DNA of 64,000 nucleotides from an uncultured Actinomycetes bacterium (GTDB taxonomy: Bacteria; Actinomycetota; Thermoleophilia; Gaiellales; Gaiellaceae), in contig CAVWKK010000008.1 in NCBI GenBank assembly GCA_963755605.1, positions 551,225 through 615,224 on the forward strand. The letters are read 5' to 3'. Below the pieces are notes generated by a model that saw only the letters and a program-made list of their open reading frames with translations, did no database searches and was not told where the DNA came from. This document shows positions 45,400 to 54,934 of the stretch, piece after piece. Numbering within the stretch: the stretch's first letter is position 1; each line of letters starts with the position of its first letter. The position numbers and the translations under genes were made by a program.

Positions 45400-47947
45400 C
45401 TCGGGATTCGTCCCGAAAGAGCGCTGCGGCCGTCCTCGTTCGTACTCCGAGCTTGTCGAAGATATGGCGTACGTGGACCTTTACCGTGGACTCCGTGATC
45501 CACAGCGATCCTGCGATCTGTCGATTCGAGAGCCCATTGCGCAATAGCATGAGGACCTCGTTTTCGCGCTCGGTTAGTAGATCGGCGGTAGGCGGTTTGA
45601 CGCGTCTGATACCGAGTCCTGCTTTCGTGCCAAGCATCGAGTCATAAGTAGCGATTGGGTGGAGCAGGAACTCGTCTAGGGGAAGCTGGGAAGTGCTGAT
45701 TGCTCTGAGAAGGACGGGCATCGCCCGGTACGCGGTGACGAATGAGTCGGCATTCCCGGTCTGGCGCGATTGCTCAAGAGCGACCGCGAGTTGCTTTCCA
45801 TCGCCGATCTCGCCATCAGCAAGCGAGAGAACCGCACCCGCATAAGACCTGAGGCACCGAGCTTCGAGGTGGCCACTGAGTGACGCCGAGGCGGAAATCT
45901 CCAATCGAGCTTCCCCATGGATCCCCATCGTTGCCAAGATCAGTGCTCGAATTGACCGAATCTCGCCTTCCATTCCGGGGCTTGCGAGTCGCGAACGAGC
46001 TGGTTCTAGTAGATCAAGCGCGTCTGCGGGATCACCCTGCGCAAGACGGAGGCGAGCCATCAGCGCAAGCGCATTGATCTTCGCGTGATAGTCGTCGTGC
46101 TCCATCGCTAGGCGATAAGCCTCCGCAAGCGCTTTCTCGGCGCGCTCGAAGTTCCGTAGGCCGAGTTGCGCCAACCCCATTAACTGGAGCCCATGAGAAC
46201 GAACCCAGTCGAGACCTGATCGCTCGGCTTCCCCTATCTGCCGGCTCGCAACTTGATATGCCTCCTGATAACGAGCGGTCAGAGCCAAAGCGGTGCCGTA
46301 CGATTGGATGAAGCCAGTGCGAATTAGGGGATCGATCGTCTTGTCAAGCAAAGTAAGTGCGGTGCTATGACGCTCCAGTGCCTGTCTCAATCCGCCCCAT
46401 CTCACCGCGAAGTGGATTGGAGCTTGACTGATTCGCACACTGTCTTCGATAGATGATGGAGGCAAGTTTTCAAGCTCCTGAAGTGCCGCGGCGGCCAGCT
46501 CAGGCTCCTCTGAATCGGTCAGCGTGATGAAACGGCTCCAAAGAGCGCGTCGCAGATCTGCGGTCGTCGTTGACCGAGCCCTCGCCTCATCAAGGAGTGC
46601 AAGAGACTCGTCTTGACGGTCATCGAGTTGGGCAACGAGCGCCGCTCTGAACAGCGCCTTTGAGGCGAACGGATGCTTTAGTGGTAGTCGCCGCGCGAGG
46701 TGCCTAGCTTTGTCGTCGGCTTCCATCCATCTCCCCTTCCGGAAGGCCAACTCGACCTCTGCGAGCGGAATGACGTCGTCGCTTGGAGTCCATTTGCGAG
46801 CGTGGTCGAGCCACTGCTCTAGCGTCGTGAGGCGTCCCTTGCCCAAGAGATCATCCAGTGCGCGATTGAGAATTTCGGCAAAGACCTCGTGGAGTTCGAA
46901 CTCCTCCGCAAGGGAAAAAGCTTCATCCCACGCGGATCGCTCAAGCAGACATAGGGTGAGGGCGCGAACTGTCTCTTCTATTTTGTCTTCATTGATGTCA
47001 GAGAGTTTCGTACGAAGAAACTGCCGTAGAAGTGGATGAAGATCAAAGGAATCGACGTCCTTATTCAGGAAACCGCGACCGTACGCTGCTTCGAGTACGG
47101 CCTTGGCCCGCCCCGCGAACAGTAGGGTCGCGAGCTCGAGATCCACGGTTGGGGCTAGCGATAGCTGGATTAGGCTCCACTGAAGCTCCGGGTCGATGCC
47201 TTGATAGAGCTCCTCTGCAAAATATGAGTGCAGAGCATCAGGCATCTCGCCACCGGGTAGATGAACCGGTGCCTGGACGAGTGAGGCGAGTCCGATCACC
47301 GCGGGCCAGCCCTCTGCTAGTGCGACCAATCCGGCTAAGGCTCCGGGTTCATTGTCTCGCGGAACAGTTAGTGCGGCCTCTTCATGCGTCATCGCAAGCA
47401 CGTTCCTTCCGAACTCTGCAACCTCTCCATAAAGGAGGCTCTTTGCGGAAGCCCAGCTCGGACGCGTTCTACTCGTAATGAGCACGGGGATATCTGCGCG
47501 AGCAACGAGCGCCTCAATGAAGTCTTCAGCAGCGGGTTCCCCGATCAGGTTGTGGTAATCGTCAATGACGAGCCAAGCATCGGGCGGCCAGTCCTGGAGG
47601 TCATCGCCGAGCACGCTGCCCAACTCCTTTGCCTCAGAGCTCGGCGAGGGCGACATCGCAAGGCGCTCCTGGAGTCGACTACTTGCTCCCTCGAGAATCA
47701 GCTCGAAGGTTTCTCCGAGACCAAGCGCAAGAGCGGCAACGTCAGTTGACGCCGGTGATGCGCGAAACCAAACACCGATGCGGGGATCCGATACCCACTG
47801 GCGTGCGAGTGTCGTTTTGCCGAAGCCCGCCGGCGCTACGAGCATGATGCGTCTGCTTGCAGTCTCGTCAAGCAGACGCATCAACCTTGGCCGCTGAATC
47901 AGTCGTTCGTTCGGTGCTTGAGCTTCGCCTGCGGTTTCCTCTTTCAC
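45389..47947 (-). CDS. Large ATP-binding LuxR-family regulator (LAL/MalT-like: P-loop NTPase, TPR-like repeats, C-terminal HTH)
   Basis: Walker A APAGFGKTTLA and Walker B LVIDDYH, followed by a long helical repeat region. The C-terminus is LTERENEVLMLLRNGLSNRQIAGSLWITESTVKVHVRHIFDKLG. G+C is visibly lower than in the flanks. Confidence 0.88.
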   Translation of the reverse strand: MKEETAGEAQAPNERLIQRPRLMRLLDETASRRIMLVAPAGFGKTTLARQWVSDPRIGVWFRASPASTDVAALALGLGETFELILEGASSRLQERLAMSPSPSSEAKELGSVLGDDLQDWPPDAWLVIDDYHNLIGEPAAEDFIEALVARADIPVLITSRTRPSWASAKSLLYGEVAEFGRNVLAMTHEEAALTVPRDNEPGALAGLVALAEGWPAVIGLASLVQAPVHLPGGEMPDALHSYFAEELYQGIDPELQWSLIQLSLAPTVDLELATLLFAGRAKAVLEAAYGRGFLNKDVDSFDLHPLLRQFLRTKLSDINEDKIEETVRALTLCLLERSAWDEAFSLAEEFELHEVFAEILNRALDDLLGKGRLTTLEQWLDHARKWTPSDDVIPLAEVELAFRKGRWMEADDKARHLARRLPLKHPFASKALFRAALVAQLDDRQDESLALLDEARARSTTTADLRRALWSRFITLTDSEEPELAAAALQELENLPPSSIEDSVRISQAPIHFAVRWGGLRQALERHSTALTLLDKTIDPLIRTGFIQSYGTALALTARYQEAYQVASRQIGEAERSGLDWVRSHGLQLMGLAQLGLRNFERAEKALAEAYRLAMEHDDYHAKINALALMARLRLAQGDPADALDLLEPARSRLASPGMEGEIRSIRALILATMGIHGEARLEISASASLSGHLEARCLRSYAGAVLSLADGEIGDGKQLAVALEQSRQTGNADSFVTAYRAMPVLLRAISTSQLPLDEFLLHPIATYDSMLGTKAGLGIRRVKPPTADLLTERENEVLMLLRNGLSNRQIAGSLWITESTVKVHVRHIFDKLGVRTRTAAALFRDESRAKP

Positions 47948-48025
47948 CGCGCTCCCCTCGGGCGGTGTTGTTGTCCTTTGACCTTAGCTTCGGTTTGGCG
48001 CGATTTCGACTCTGCCAGGGCTGAA

Positions 48026-48060
48026 CCGTGCCTGCGGCCCATTAGGGGTCGCAGGCACGG
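48026..48060 (-). terminator. Hairpin immediately downstream of the small luxR gene
   Basis: An 11-bp stem, CCGTGCCTGCG...CGCAGGCACGG, lies 6 nt after the stop. The U-tract is weak. Confidence 0.4.
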
Positions 48061-48065
48061 TGCCG

Positions 48066-48332
48066 TCAGCCCCCGCTGTCGGCCGCAGCCGACTCGAGGC
48101 TTCGTGCGAGCGGGTCGTCGCCGGTGATCGCGCGGTACGCCACTGGGATCTGTCGGCGTCGCGTGACGCCGAGCTTCTGCCGCAGCACGTCCGAGTGCGC
48201 CTTGGCTGTTCGAGGGGAGATGCCCAGGCGCTCGCCTACCTCATCATTCGAGCACCCGGCGGCGATCAACTCGATGACCTCGCGTTGGCGTTCGGTGATC
48301 GTTGGAATGGAGTCGCGCAGCGCTTCGTACAT
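48066..48332 (-). CDS. Small LuxR/GerE-family HTH transcriptional regulator
   Basis: 88 aa with ITERQREVIELIAAGCSNDEVGERLGISPRTAKAHSDVLRQKLG. Confidence 0.85.
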   Translation of the reverse strand: MYEALRDSIPTITERQREVIELIAAGCSNDEVGERLGISPRTAKAHSDVLRQKLGVTRRRQIPVAYRAITGDDPLARSLESAAADSGG

Positions 48333-48461
48333 GCCGCGAAACTAGACGCCCCGGTAGGGCTTGACCATTGGTCGAAAGGCGTATCTCGCCGAACTACACC
48401 CTCGCGACCAGGCGCGCGCGCGAAGGTGCGAGGGCTCGCAGTGTTGTTCGCTAGGCCTCGA

Positions 48462-48662
48462 TCAGGACTTCGGCACCAGGATGACCCGGTACTGACTGAT
48501 GCCGCCGGGGTTCGGGGCCACGGAGGCTTCGATCTTGATCACGACCTCGGTGCCGTCGCCGGGATTCCACTTTTCGAGAGCGTCCGAGAGAGCGTCGTTG
48601 AGATTCTTCGTGTGCTCCTTCTTCTCGGGGTGCTGCGGGTTCACCTTTCCCGTGGGCGGCAT
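48462..48662 (-). CDS. Hypothetical small protein (66 aa)
   Basis: ATG 48662 is preceded by AAGGAGAG. The sequence is MPPTGKVNPQHPEKKEHTKNLNDALSDALEKWNPGDGTEVVIKIEASVAPNPGGISQYRVILVPKS. It is the C-terminal frame of a longer shadow ORF. I recognise no family. Confidence 0.55.
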   Translation of the reverse strand: MPPTGKVNPQHPEKKEHTKNLNDALSDALEKWNPGDGTEVVIKIEASVAPNPGGISQYRVILVPKS

Positions 48663-48730
48663 GGTCTCTCCTTGCTCGATTGGAACTCGGACGCTAACGC
48701 CTCGGGCTCGAAAGTCGAAGGAGCAGTCGC

Positions 48731-49741
48731 CTAGACCCGCTGCCCGGCAGCCGCTTTCCCAATGAAGGTCGCGCGGTGCCCGGTCTCGTGCGCCTCTTGC
48801 AGCTCGGCCCCGTCCAACGCCCCGATCCGCAGCAGCAGCTCGAGCTCGTCCCGCAGATGGGTCCGCATCATCTCCGGCCCGTCCGTCGCGATCGTGAATG
48901 GCACTCCGGCGTCGAGGAAGGATCGGAACGTGTCGCGCACGGCGTCCTCGTTGGCCAGCGCCTTCGTCAGGAGGTTCGAGGTCGGACAGATCTCGAGCAC
49001 GATCTCCGCGTCGCGGAGCGCGGCCATCAGGTCTTCGTCGCCGGCGGCGAGGATGCCGTGGCCGATCCGGTCGGGGCGCAGGGATTCGACGACCTCGGCG
49101 ATCTCCTGCCTGCCCATGTCGCCGCCTTCCTCGCCCACGTGGATCGTCACGCCGAGGCCGGCTGCGCGCGCGTCCTCGACCATCGGCGCAACCTGGCGGT
49201 AGTCGTAGCGGCCGCCGCCTGGACGCGGGCCGGCAATGTCGACGCCGACGACCCCGCGCGGCGCCCACCGAATTGCCTTCTCGACGATGATCGAGTTCTG
49301 CTCGGCGGTGAAGGTGCGGTCCATCATCAGAATCAGGCCCGCGCGCACCTGCGGATACTCGAGGCTCGCGAGGTCGAGGCCGCGGATCGCTGCAAGGATG
49401 ATGTGGTCGAGGTCGCGCTCGCCGCCGCGATTGCGCTTCATCGGGTTGAAGCGGAGCTCGAGCGTCGTGATCTGCTGCGAGCGGTAGGCGCCGCCGATCG
49501 CCGCGTGCACGGAGCGCTCCACCGCGAGCGGGCTCGACTGGATCAACTCCGTCCAGTGGTAGATCTGGTCGAGCGCGTCGAGGTTCGCGACGCCGCGCGG
49601 ATCCGACACGGTCACCAGGCGGTCGAACTCCCAGAAATCCTTCACCGGGAGGGCGATTCCCTGCTCGTGCGCGAGGCTCCAGAGGATGTCCGAGGCGACC
49701 GAGCCGCCAAGGTGGGTGTGCAGCTCGGCGAGGCCGTCCAT
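48731..49741 (-). CDS. add: Adenosine/adenine deaminase family protein
   Basis: Metal-binding AELHTHLGGS, plus VTIHVGEEGG, RIGHGI, ICPTSNL and FTIATDGP. Confidence 0.85.
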   Translation of the reverse strand: MDGLAELHTHLGGSVASDILWSLAHEQGIALPVKDFWEFDRLVTVSDPRGVANLDALDQIYHWTELIQSSPLAVERSVHAAIGGAYRSQQITTLELRFNPMKRNRGGERDLDHIILAAIRGLDLASLEYPQVRAGLILMMDRTFTAEQNSIIVEKAIRWAPRGVVGVDIAGPRPGGGRYDYRQVAPMVEDARAAGLGVTIHVGEEGGDMGRQEIAEVVESLRPDRIGHGILAAGDEDLMAALRDAEIVLEICPTSNLLTKALANEDAVRDTFRSFLDAGVPFTIATDGPEMMRTHLRDELELLLRIGALDGAELQEAHETGHRATFIGKAAAGQRV

Positions 49742-49758
49742 GCGGTCAGAATACGCGC

Positions 49759-50286
49759 GTGGTTCCGGAGGCTCCCCTCGAACGCTCAGGCGCCGGCCTC
49801 GCGCCGAAGGGCGAGGGCTGGTTCGTGCTCAACGTCCGCGACGCGCGCTGGCTCGACGGCGGCAAGTTCGGGACGTACACGCGCTTCGAAGGAGACGCCC
49901 GCTTCCCGCAGCTCGGAATCAACATCGGCGTCCTCGAGCCCGGGCAGCCGAGCTGCTGGTACCACGGCGAGGAAGATCAGGAGGGTTTCCTCGTTCTTTC
50001 CGGCGAAGCGGTGCTCATCGTCGAAGGCGAGGAACGTCCGCTCAAGCGGTGGGACTTCTTCCACTCCGCGCCGTGGACCGAGCACGTGATCGTCGGCGCA
50101 GGCGACGGGCCGTGCGCGATTCTCGCCGTCGGGCCGCGCCCAAGCGGCGACATCGTCTACCCGGTCTCCGAGGTGGCACTGCGCCATTGCGCCGGAGTCG
50201 AAGAGGAGACACGCTCTGGCGAGGAGGCGTACGACGGGCTCCCGCCGGACGACGACACGGAGTTCCAGGAGGCCTGGTTGCCCTAG
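49759..50286 (+). CDS. Cupin domain protein
   Basis: GVLEPGQPSCWYHGEEDQEGFLVLSGEAVLIVEGEERPLKRWDFFHSAPWTEH is a double-stranded beta-helix pattern. Confidence 0.7.
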   Translation: MVPEAPLERSGAGLAPKGEGWFVLNVRDARWLDGGKFGTYTRFEGDARFPQLGINIGVLEPGQPSCWYHGEEDQEGFLVLSGEAVLIVEGEERPLKRWDFFHSAPWTEHVIVGAGDGPCAILAVGPRPSGDIVYPVSEVALRHCAGVEEETRSGEEAYDGLPPDDDTEFQEAWLP

Positions 50287-50336
50287 GTGGACAGCCTGCC
50301 GGGAGCTGCCTGCACAACCTCGTATCCTGGCCCGCG

Positions 50337-51461
50337 ATGAAGGTGGGCATCGTCGTCCCGTACTCGTGGTCCTTTTGGGGCGCCGTCGTCGAGCACGCCG
50401 AGCTCCAGGCCGAGGCGCTCCGCGGGCACGGCATCGACACGCGCACGATCATCGGGAACGACCCGCCCGGGAGCTTCACGCGCGTGCTGCACCCGCGCTC
50501 CGGGCGCCACGACACGCCGCCGCCGGACATCATCCCCGTCGGCCGCTCGGTGATCGTCCCGGCCAACGGAACGCTGCCGAACATCGTCCTCTCGCCGCGC
50601 ACGGTGTTTCGCGTTCGCCGCGCGCTCGAGCGCGAGCGCTTCGACGTGCTGCACGTCCACGAGCCGATGACGCCCGCGATCTCGATCGCGGCGCTCGCGA
50701 TCTTTCGCGGGCCTGTCGTCGGGACGTTTCACGCTCACGGCAAGCTCGGCTGGATGAAGCCGGCCATGCCGGTCTGGGGCTTCCTTGCCGACCGGCTCGA
50801 CCACCGGATCGCCGTCTCACCCCACGCGCGCGACACCGCGAACCGCTGGCTCCCCGGCGAGTACGAGATCCTCCCGAACGGTGTCCTCATTCCACCCGAG
50901 GCGAACGCGCACGGGCGCGAGCAACAGATCCTGTTTGCAGGGCGGCAGGAGCAGCGCAAGGGACTGCACGTGCTGCTTCGGGCGTGGCCTCAGATTCGTG
51001 CCCGAACCGGTGCGCGCCTTCGGATCGCCGGAGCGGACCCGCTCGCGGTACGTCTGTTGCTCACGAGGGAGCGGATCTCCGACGACGGCATCGACATCCT
51101 CGGCTTCCTCTCCCAGGAAGACCTCACGGCCGAGCTGCTGCGGGTGAAGGCGCTTGTTGCACCATCGCTCGGTGGGGAAAGCTTCGGCATGGTGCTGACG
51201 AGAGCCTTTGCCTGCGCGACCCCCGTGATCGCATCGGACATCGACGGGTACCGCGAGGTCATGACGAAGGACGCAGGCGTGTCCTTTCCTGCCGGCGACG
51301 AGCGGGCGCTGACGGAGGCCGTCGCGAGCCTGCTGGAGGACGAGCCGCGTCGCGCGCAGCTCGGCGAAGGCGCGCGCCGCGTTGCGATCGAGCGCTACTC
51401 GTGGCCGGACATCGGCCGGCGTCTCGTCGAGATCTACGAGCAGACGGTCGCGGGTTCGTGA
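50337..51461 (+). CDS. GT4 glycosyltransferase, PimA-like (phosphatidylinositol mannosyltransferase-like)
   Basis: ATG 50337 gives MKVGIVVPYSWSFWGAVVEHA..., then FDVLHVHEP and ESFGMVLTRAFACATPVIASDIDGYREV. The collinear resemblance to mycobacterial PimA is from memory. Confidence 0.8.
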   Translation: MKVGIVVPYSWSFWGAVVEHAELQAEALRGHGIDTRTIIGNDPPGSFTRVLHPRSGRHDTPPPDIIPVGRSVIVPANGTLPNIVLSPRTVFRVRRALERERFDVLHVHEPMTPAISIAALAIFRGPVVGTFHAHGKLGWMKPAMPVWGFLADRLDHRIAVSPHARDTANRWLPGEYEILPNGVLIPPEANAHGREQQILFAGRQEQRKGLHVLLRAWPQIRARTGARLRIAGADPLAVRLLLTRERISDDGIDILGFLSQEDLTAELLRVKALVAPSLGGESFGMVLTRAFACATPVIASDIDGYREVMTKDAGVSFPAGDERALTEAVASLLEDEPRRAQLGEGARRVAIERYSWPDIGRRLVEIYEQTVAGS

Positions 51462-52525
51462 CCTTCGTCAGCAACATCTGGGTGCGTGGGGCCTTGCTGC
51501 TCGCCGCGGCCGCCGGAGTCGTGGCGCTGCTCTGGTGGCGGGGACCGGCGTGGGGCGCGGTGTTCGATGCGTTCAGCGCAGTCGAGTGGCGTTGGGTTGC
51601 GGCGGCCGTCGGGCTGAACCTGCTGTCGGTGCTCGTACGAGCGCTCGCGTGGCGTACCGTGATCGCGCAGGCGTTCGACCGGCCTCACCCGAGCTTTATG
51701 CTCGTGTTCTCGGCGTTCTCGGTCGGCCTCTTCGCCAACGCGATCCTCCCGGGACGGATCGGCGAGATTGCGCGCGTCGCCGTTTTGAATAGGCGCATGA
51801 AGCAGGAGGGTGCGTGGGCGCGCCTGCTCGGAACGGTCTTCGCGCATCGCGTGTTCGACCTCGTGTCCGTGATGGCGCTGATCGTCTACGTGATCCTCAC
51901 GGCGCACATCCCTGACTGGGCCGTGACGAGCCTGATCGCGGTGGTCGCCGCAGGCATCGTCCTCTTCAGCGTCGCCTTCATCGGTGCACGAAGCGACCAC
52001 TACAAAGGGTTGGAAGACGGCCTCGGCGCTGTGCGCAAGGTCGTGCGCCTTGCGCGCTACGGGCTCGGCGTGATGCGCCGCCCCGGCCCCGCGGCCCTTG
52101 CACTGCTATTCCAGCTGCTCGGCTGGACGTGTCAACTCTTCGCGGTGTACACGTCGATGCGCGCGTTCGGCATCCACAAGGGCCTGCCCGCAGCAGGGCT
52201 CGTGCTCGTATTGATGAACGTCGCGACGATCTTTCCGCTGTGGCCCGGGAACGTCGGCCTCGTGCAGGCGGCGGTGTCGCTGCCGCTCTTCACGTACTAC
52301 GGTGTCGCCAAAGCGCGTGGGATCGCGTTCGGGTTCGGCCTGCAGATCATCGAGGCGTCGGTCGGCATCGGCGTCGGCCTGATCTTCCTGGCGCGTGAAG
52401 GTCTCTCGGTCGCGATGCTCAAGGTCATGCCCGACGTCTCGCAGGCGGAGTCTCCCGAGGATGATCTCGAAGAGCTTGACGACTCGCGGGAGCCCGATGC
52501 CGCGCGCGCTCGCGTCTCCGGCTAG
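51458..52525 (+). CDS. Flippase-like / lysylphosphatidylglycerol-synthase TM-region family membrane protein (UPF0104)
   Basis: GTG start in a GTGA overlap. It has about 8 TM segments. The motif LPGRIGEIARV is typical of the family. Confidence 0.7.
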   Translation: MTFVSNIWVRGALLLAAAAGVVALLWWRGPAWGAVFDAFSAVEWRWVAAAVGLNLLSVLVRALAWRTVIAQAFDRPHPSFMLVFSAFSVGLFANAILPGRIGEIARVAVLNRRMKQEGAWARLLGTVFAHRVFDLVSVMALIVYVILTAHIPDWAVTSLIAVVAAGIVLFSVAFIGARSDHYKGLEDGLGAVRKVVRLARYGLGVMRRPGPAALALLFQLLGWTCQLFAVYTSMRAFGIHKGLPAAGLVLVLMNVATIFPLWPGNVGLVQAAVSLPLFTYYGVAKARGIAFGFGLQIIEASVGIGVGLIFLAREGLSVAMLKVMPDVSQAESPEDDLEELDDSREPDAARARVSG

Positions 52526-53432
52526 CCTCAAGGGCGTCCTGTCTGCGCGTGACGCGGCCGCCGCGCTCGCCGAAGGGCTGCGCTCGTGGGCCGATGTCGA
52601 CGAGCTGCCCGTCGCGGACGGGGGAGAAGGCACGCTCGACGTGCTGCACGCCGCGCTCGGCGGCCGCCGGCGCGAGGTGGAGGTGGCCGACGCGTTCGGT
52701 CGTCCCCGCCGCGCGCACTGGCTCGAGCTGCCGAGCGGCGCCGCGGTGGTCGAATCGGCCGAGGCGATCCCGCTCGATCCCGAGCGGCTCGACCCGCTCG
52801 CCGCGACGAGCCGCGGGCTCGGCGAGCTCATCCACGCCGTGGGGTCTCCTCCCGAATTGCTCGTCTGCCTCGGTGGGACGGCGAACGTCGACGGAGGCGC
52901 AGGGTTACTCGACGTCCTCGACGTGCTGCCGGCGCCGACGCGCGTTGCCTGCGATGTCGACGTTCCGCTCGTCGATGCTGCTCGCGTCTTCGCCGCGCAG
53001 AAAGGCGCATCGGACGAGGATGCGGCCGGGCTGGAGGCCGCACTCGCCGCGATGGAACGGCTGGTGCCTTACGCAGAGCTACCGGGTGCAGGTGCCGCGG
53101 GCGGTCTCGGCGCGGCGCTCGCCTCGCTCGGCGCCGAGCTGTTGCCGGGAGCGACGCTCGTCCTCGACGTGATCGGCTTCGACGTGAGCTCCTACGACCT
53201 CGTCGTCACCGGCGAGGGCACGGTCGACCGCACGACCGTGCGTGGGAAAGCACCAGGCGAGGTCGCCCGCCGCTGCGTTGCGGCCGGCGTACGGTGCGTC
53301 GTGTTCGGTGGACGGGTAACCGAGTCGATCGACGGGGCCGAGACCGTCGCGCTCTCCGGGGTTCCAGCTCGTGCCCGCGCCGACCTCGTGGAGCTTGGCC
53401 TACGGCTTGGCGGACTCGGCGCGCCGGACTAG
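52497..53432 (+). CDS. Glycerate kinase family protein (short form)
   Basis: ATG 52497 gives MPRALASPASLKGVLSARDAAAALAEGL...LPVADGGEGT, then GAGAAGGLGAAL and VVTGEGTVD. It overlaps the upstream gene by 29 nt. Confidence 0.75.
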   Translation: MPRALASPASLKGVLSARDAAAALAEGLRSWADVDELPVADGGEGTLDVLHAALGGRRREVEVADAFGRPRRAHWLELPSGAAVVESAEAIPLDPERLDPLAATSRGLGELIHAVGSPPELLVCLGGTANVDGGAGLLDVLDVLPAPTRVACDVDVPLVDAARVFAAQKGASDEDAAGLEAALAAMERLVPYAELPGAGAAGGLGAALASLGAELLPGATLVLDVIGFDVSSYDLVVTGEGTVDRTTVRGKAPGEVARRCVAAGVRCVVFGGRVTESIDGAETVALSGVPARARADLVELGLRLGGLGAPD

Positions 53433-53609
53433 CTCTTCGATCTTGCCCTGCGCGGCGTCGAGCTTGCCGACGCAGAGCTTGTAGAGCTCCTCGCCTCGTT
53501 CCCACAGCTCGATCGCCTCATCGAGGCCGGCCTCGCCGCGCTCGAGCCGCTCGACGATTCCCTCGAGCTCTCGCTGCGCGTCCTCGAACGTCTTCTCAGG
53601 AGCGCTCAC
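53400..53609 (-). CDS. xseB: Exodeoxyribonuclease VII small subunit
   Basis: FEDAQRELEGIVERLERGEAGLDEAIELWERGEELYKLC. GTG start in a GTGA overlap with the xseA stop. Confidence 0.9.
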   Translation of the reverse strand: MSAPEKTFEDAQRELEGIVERLERGEAGLDEAIELWERGEELYKLCVGKLDAAQGKIEELVRRAESAKP

Positions 53610-54757
53610 TCGACCCGCGCTCCAAAGCGACCGTCTGCGACCTCGATCTCGACCGTGTCGCCGGTCGAGACGGCTGTGGCGGTGCGGACGATCACGTCAT
53701 CTGTTCGCACGATCGCGTACCCGCGCTCGAGGGTTGCGCGCGGAGAAAGCGTGCGCAGCCGTCCCGCCGCATGCTCGAGTCGTGCACGCTTGCGCTCGAC
53801 GGCGAGTGCCGGCGCACGGCGAAGACGCTCGTGGGCCTGCACCAGCTTCTCGCGACGACGGTCGAGCAGCGAATGCGCGCCGCGCGCAAGTCCGCCGCGC
53901 GTGCGTTCCAACCGTGACATCAGCTCGGCGGCGTCGGGCACGACGAGCCGGGCGGCCGCCGTAGGGGTGGACGCACGCACGTCGGCCGCTAGATCGCAGA
54001 GCGGATTGTCCTGTTCGTGCCCGACAGCAGAGACGACAGGTATAGGGCACGCCGCGATCGCACGCAGCAACCGCTCGTCGCTGAACGGGAGCAGATCCTC
54101 GAAGCTGCCACCCCCGCGCGAGAGGACGATCACGTCCACCCCGGGCGCGGCTGCGAGCTCGCTCAGCGCCTCGATCATTGCGCTCGCCGCGTGAGGGCCC
54201 TGGACGTACGCCTCGGCGACGAGGATGCGGGCGGCCGGGAAGCGGCCGCTGATCGTGGCGATGACGTCTTTCTTGGCAGCGGCATCGTTGCCGGTGACGA
54301 GGCCGATCCGGCGCGGGAGGAACGGCAGCGGACGCTTCCGTTCGAACACGCCTTCGGCTGCGAGCTTCTTCTTCAGGCGCTCGAGCGCCGCGAGGTGATC
54401 TCCGAGCCCGAACCGCTCGATCGAAAGGGAGCGCATGCGGAAGTCGCCACGTGCCTCGAAGAGCTCCGGGCGGCCGAACACGTGCACACGCTCCCCGTCC
54501 ACGAGCTCGAGGCGAAGGGCGTCGAAACGGTTCCGTGCCATCGTCACGCCGAGGCAGGCTCCATCGCTCGGATCCTTCAGCGTGAAGAAGACCGACTGCC
54601 AGCGCGCGTTACGCCGAAGCTCCGTGACCTCGCCTTCGACCCAGACGGTCGGCAGCCGCTGTAGCCACTCGGCCACGCCTCGGTTGAACGACGCCACGGC
54701 ATAGACCTTGCGGTCCCCGTACTGGATCGCCTCGACTTTCGCCATCTCTTTCAGCAT
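53606..54757 (-). CDS. xseA: Exodeoxyribonuclease VII large subunit
   Basis: An OB-fold N-terminus (VWVEGEVTELRRNARWQSVFFTLKD), then RIGLVTG, IVLSRGGGSFEDLLPF and VSAVGHEQD. ATG 54757; an alternative is 54745. Confidence 0.9.
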   Translation of the reverse strand: MLKEMAKVEAIQYGDRKVYAVASFNRGVAEWLQRLPTVWVEGEVTELRRNARWQSVFFTLKDPSDGACLGVTMARNRFDALRLELVDGERVHVFGRPELFEARGDFRMRSLSIERFGLGDHLAALERLKKKLAAEGVFERKRPLPFLPRRIGLVTGNDAAAKKDVIATISGRFPAARILVAEAYVQGPHAASAMIEALSELAAAPGVDVIVLSRGGGSFEDLLPFSDERLLRAIAACPIPVVSAVGHEQDNPLCDLAADVRASTPTAAARLVVPDAAELMSRLERTRGGLARGAHSLLDRRREKLVQAHERLRRAPALAVERKRARLEHAAGRLRTLSPRATLERGYAIVRTDDVIVRTATAVSTGDTVEIEVADGRFGARVE

Positions 54758-54934
54758 GCCACGCGGCGGAGCGAAGGCGGCGCCACCAATGTCGCCGCAT
54801 TTGCCTGAATCCGCACCGAAAAGAGTGGTGTCAACCGTACGTCCAAGCCGGACCCCTCCTCCGTATTGGTGAGAAACAAGTGTGAAGCCCGAGATGCAGG
54901 ACGTTTCGCATTCTCGACAAGCAAAGGAGTCGGC

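Noticed and set aside
45389-47947. STAND/Avs-like antiphage defence protein
   Set aside because: The domain order is an N-terminal P-loop, a helical-repeat middle and a C-terminal LuxR HTH, with no nuclease, protease or TIR effector domain. That is the ordinary LAL/MalT-type regulator architecture.
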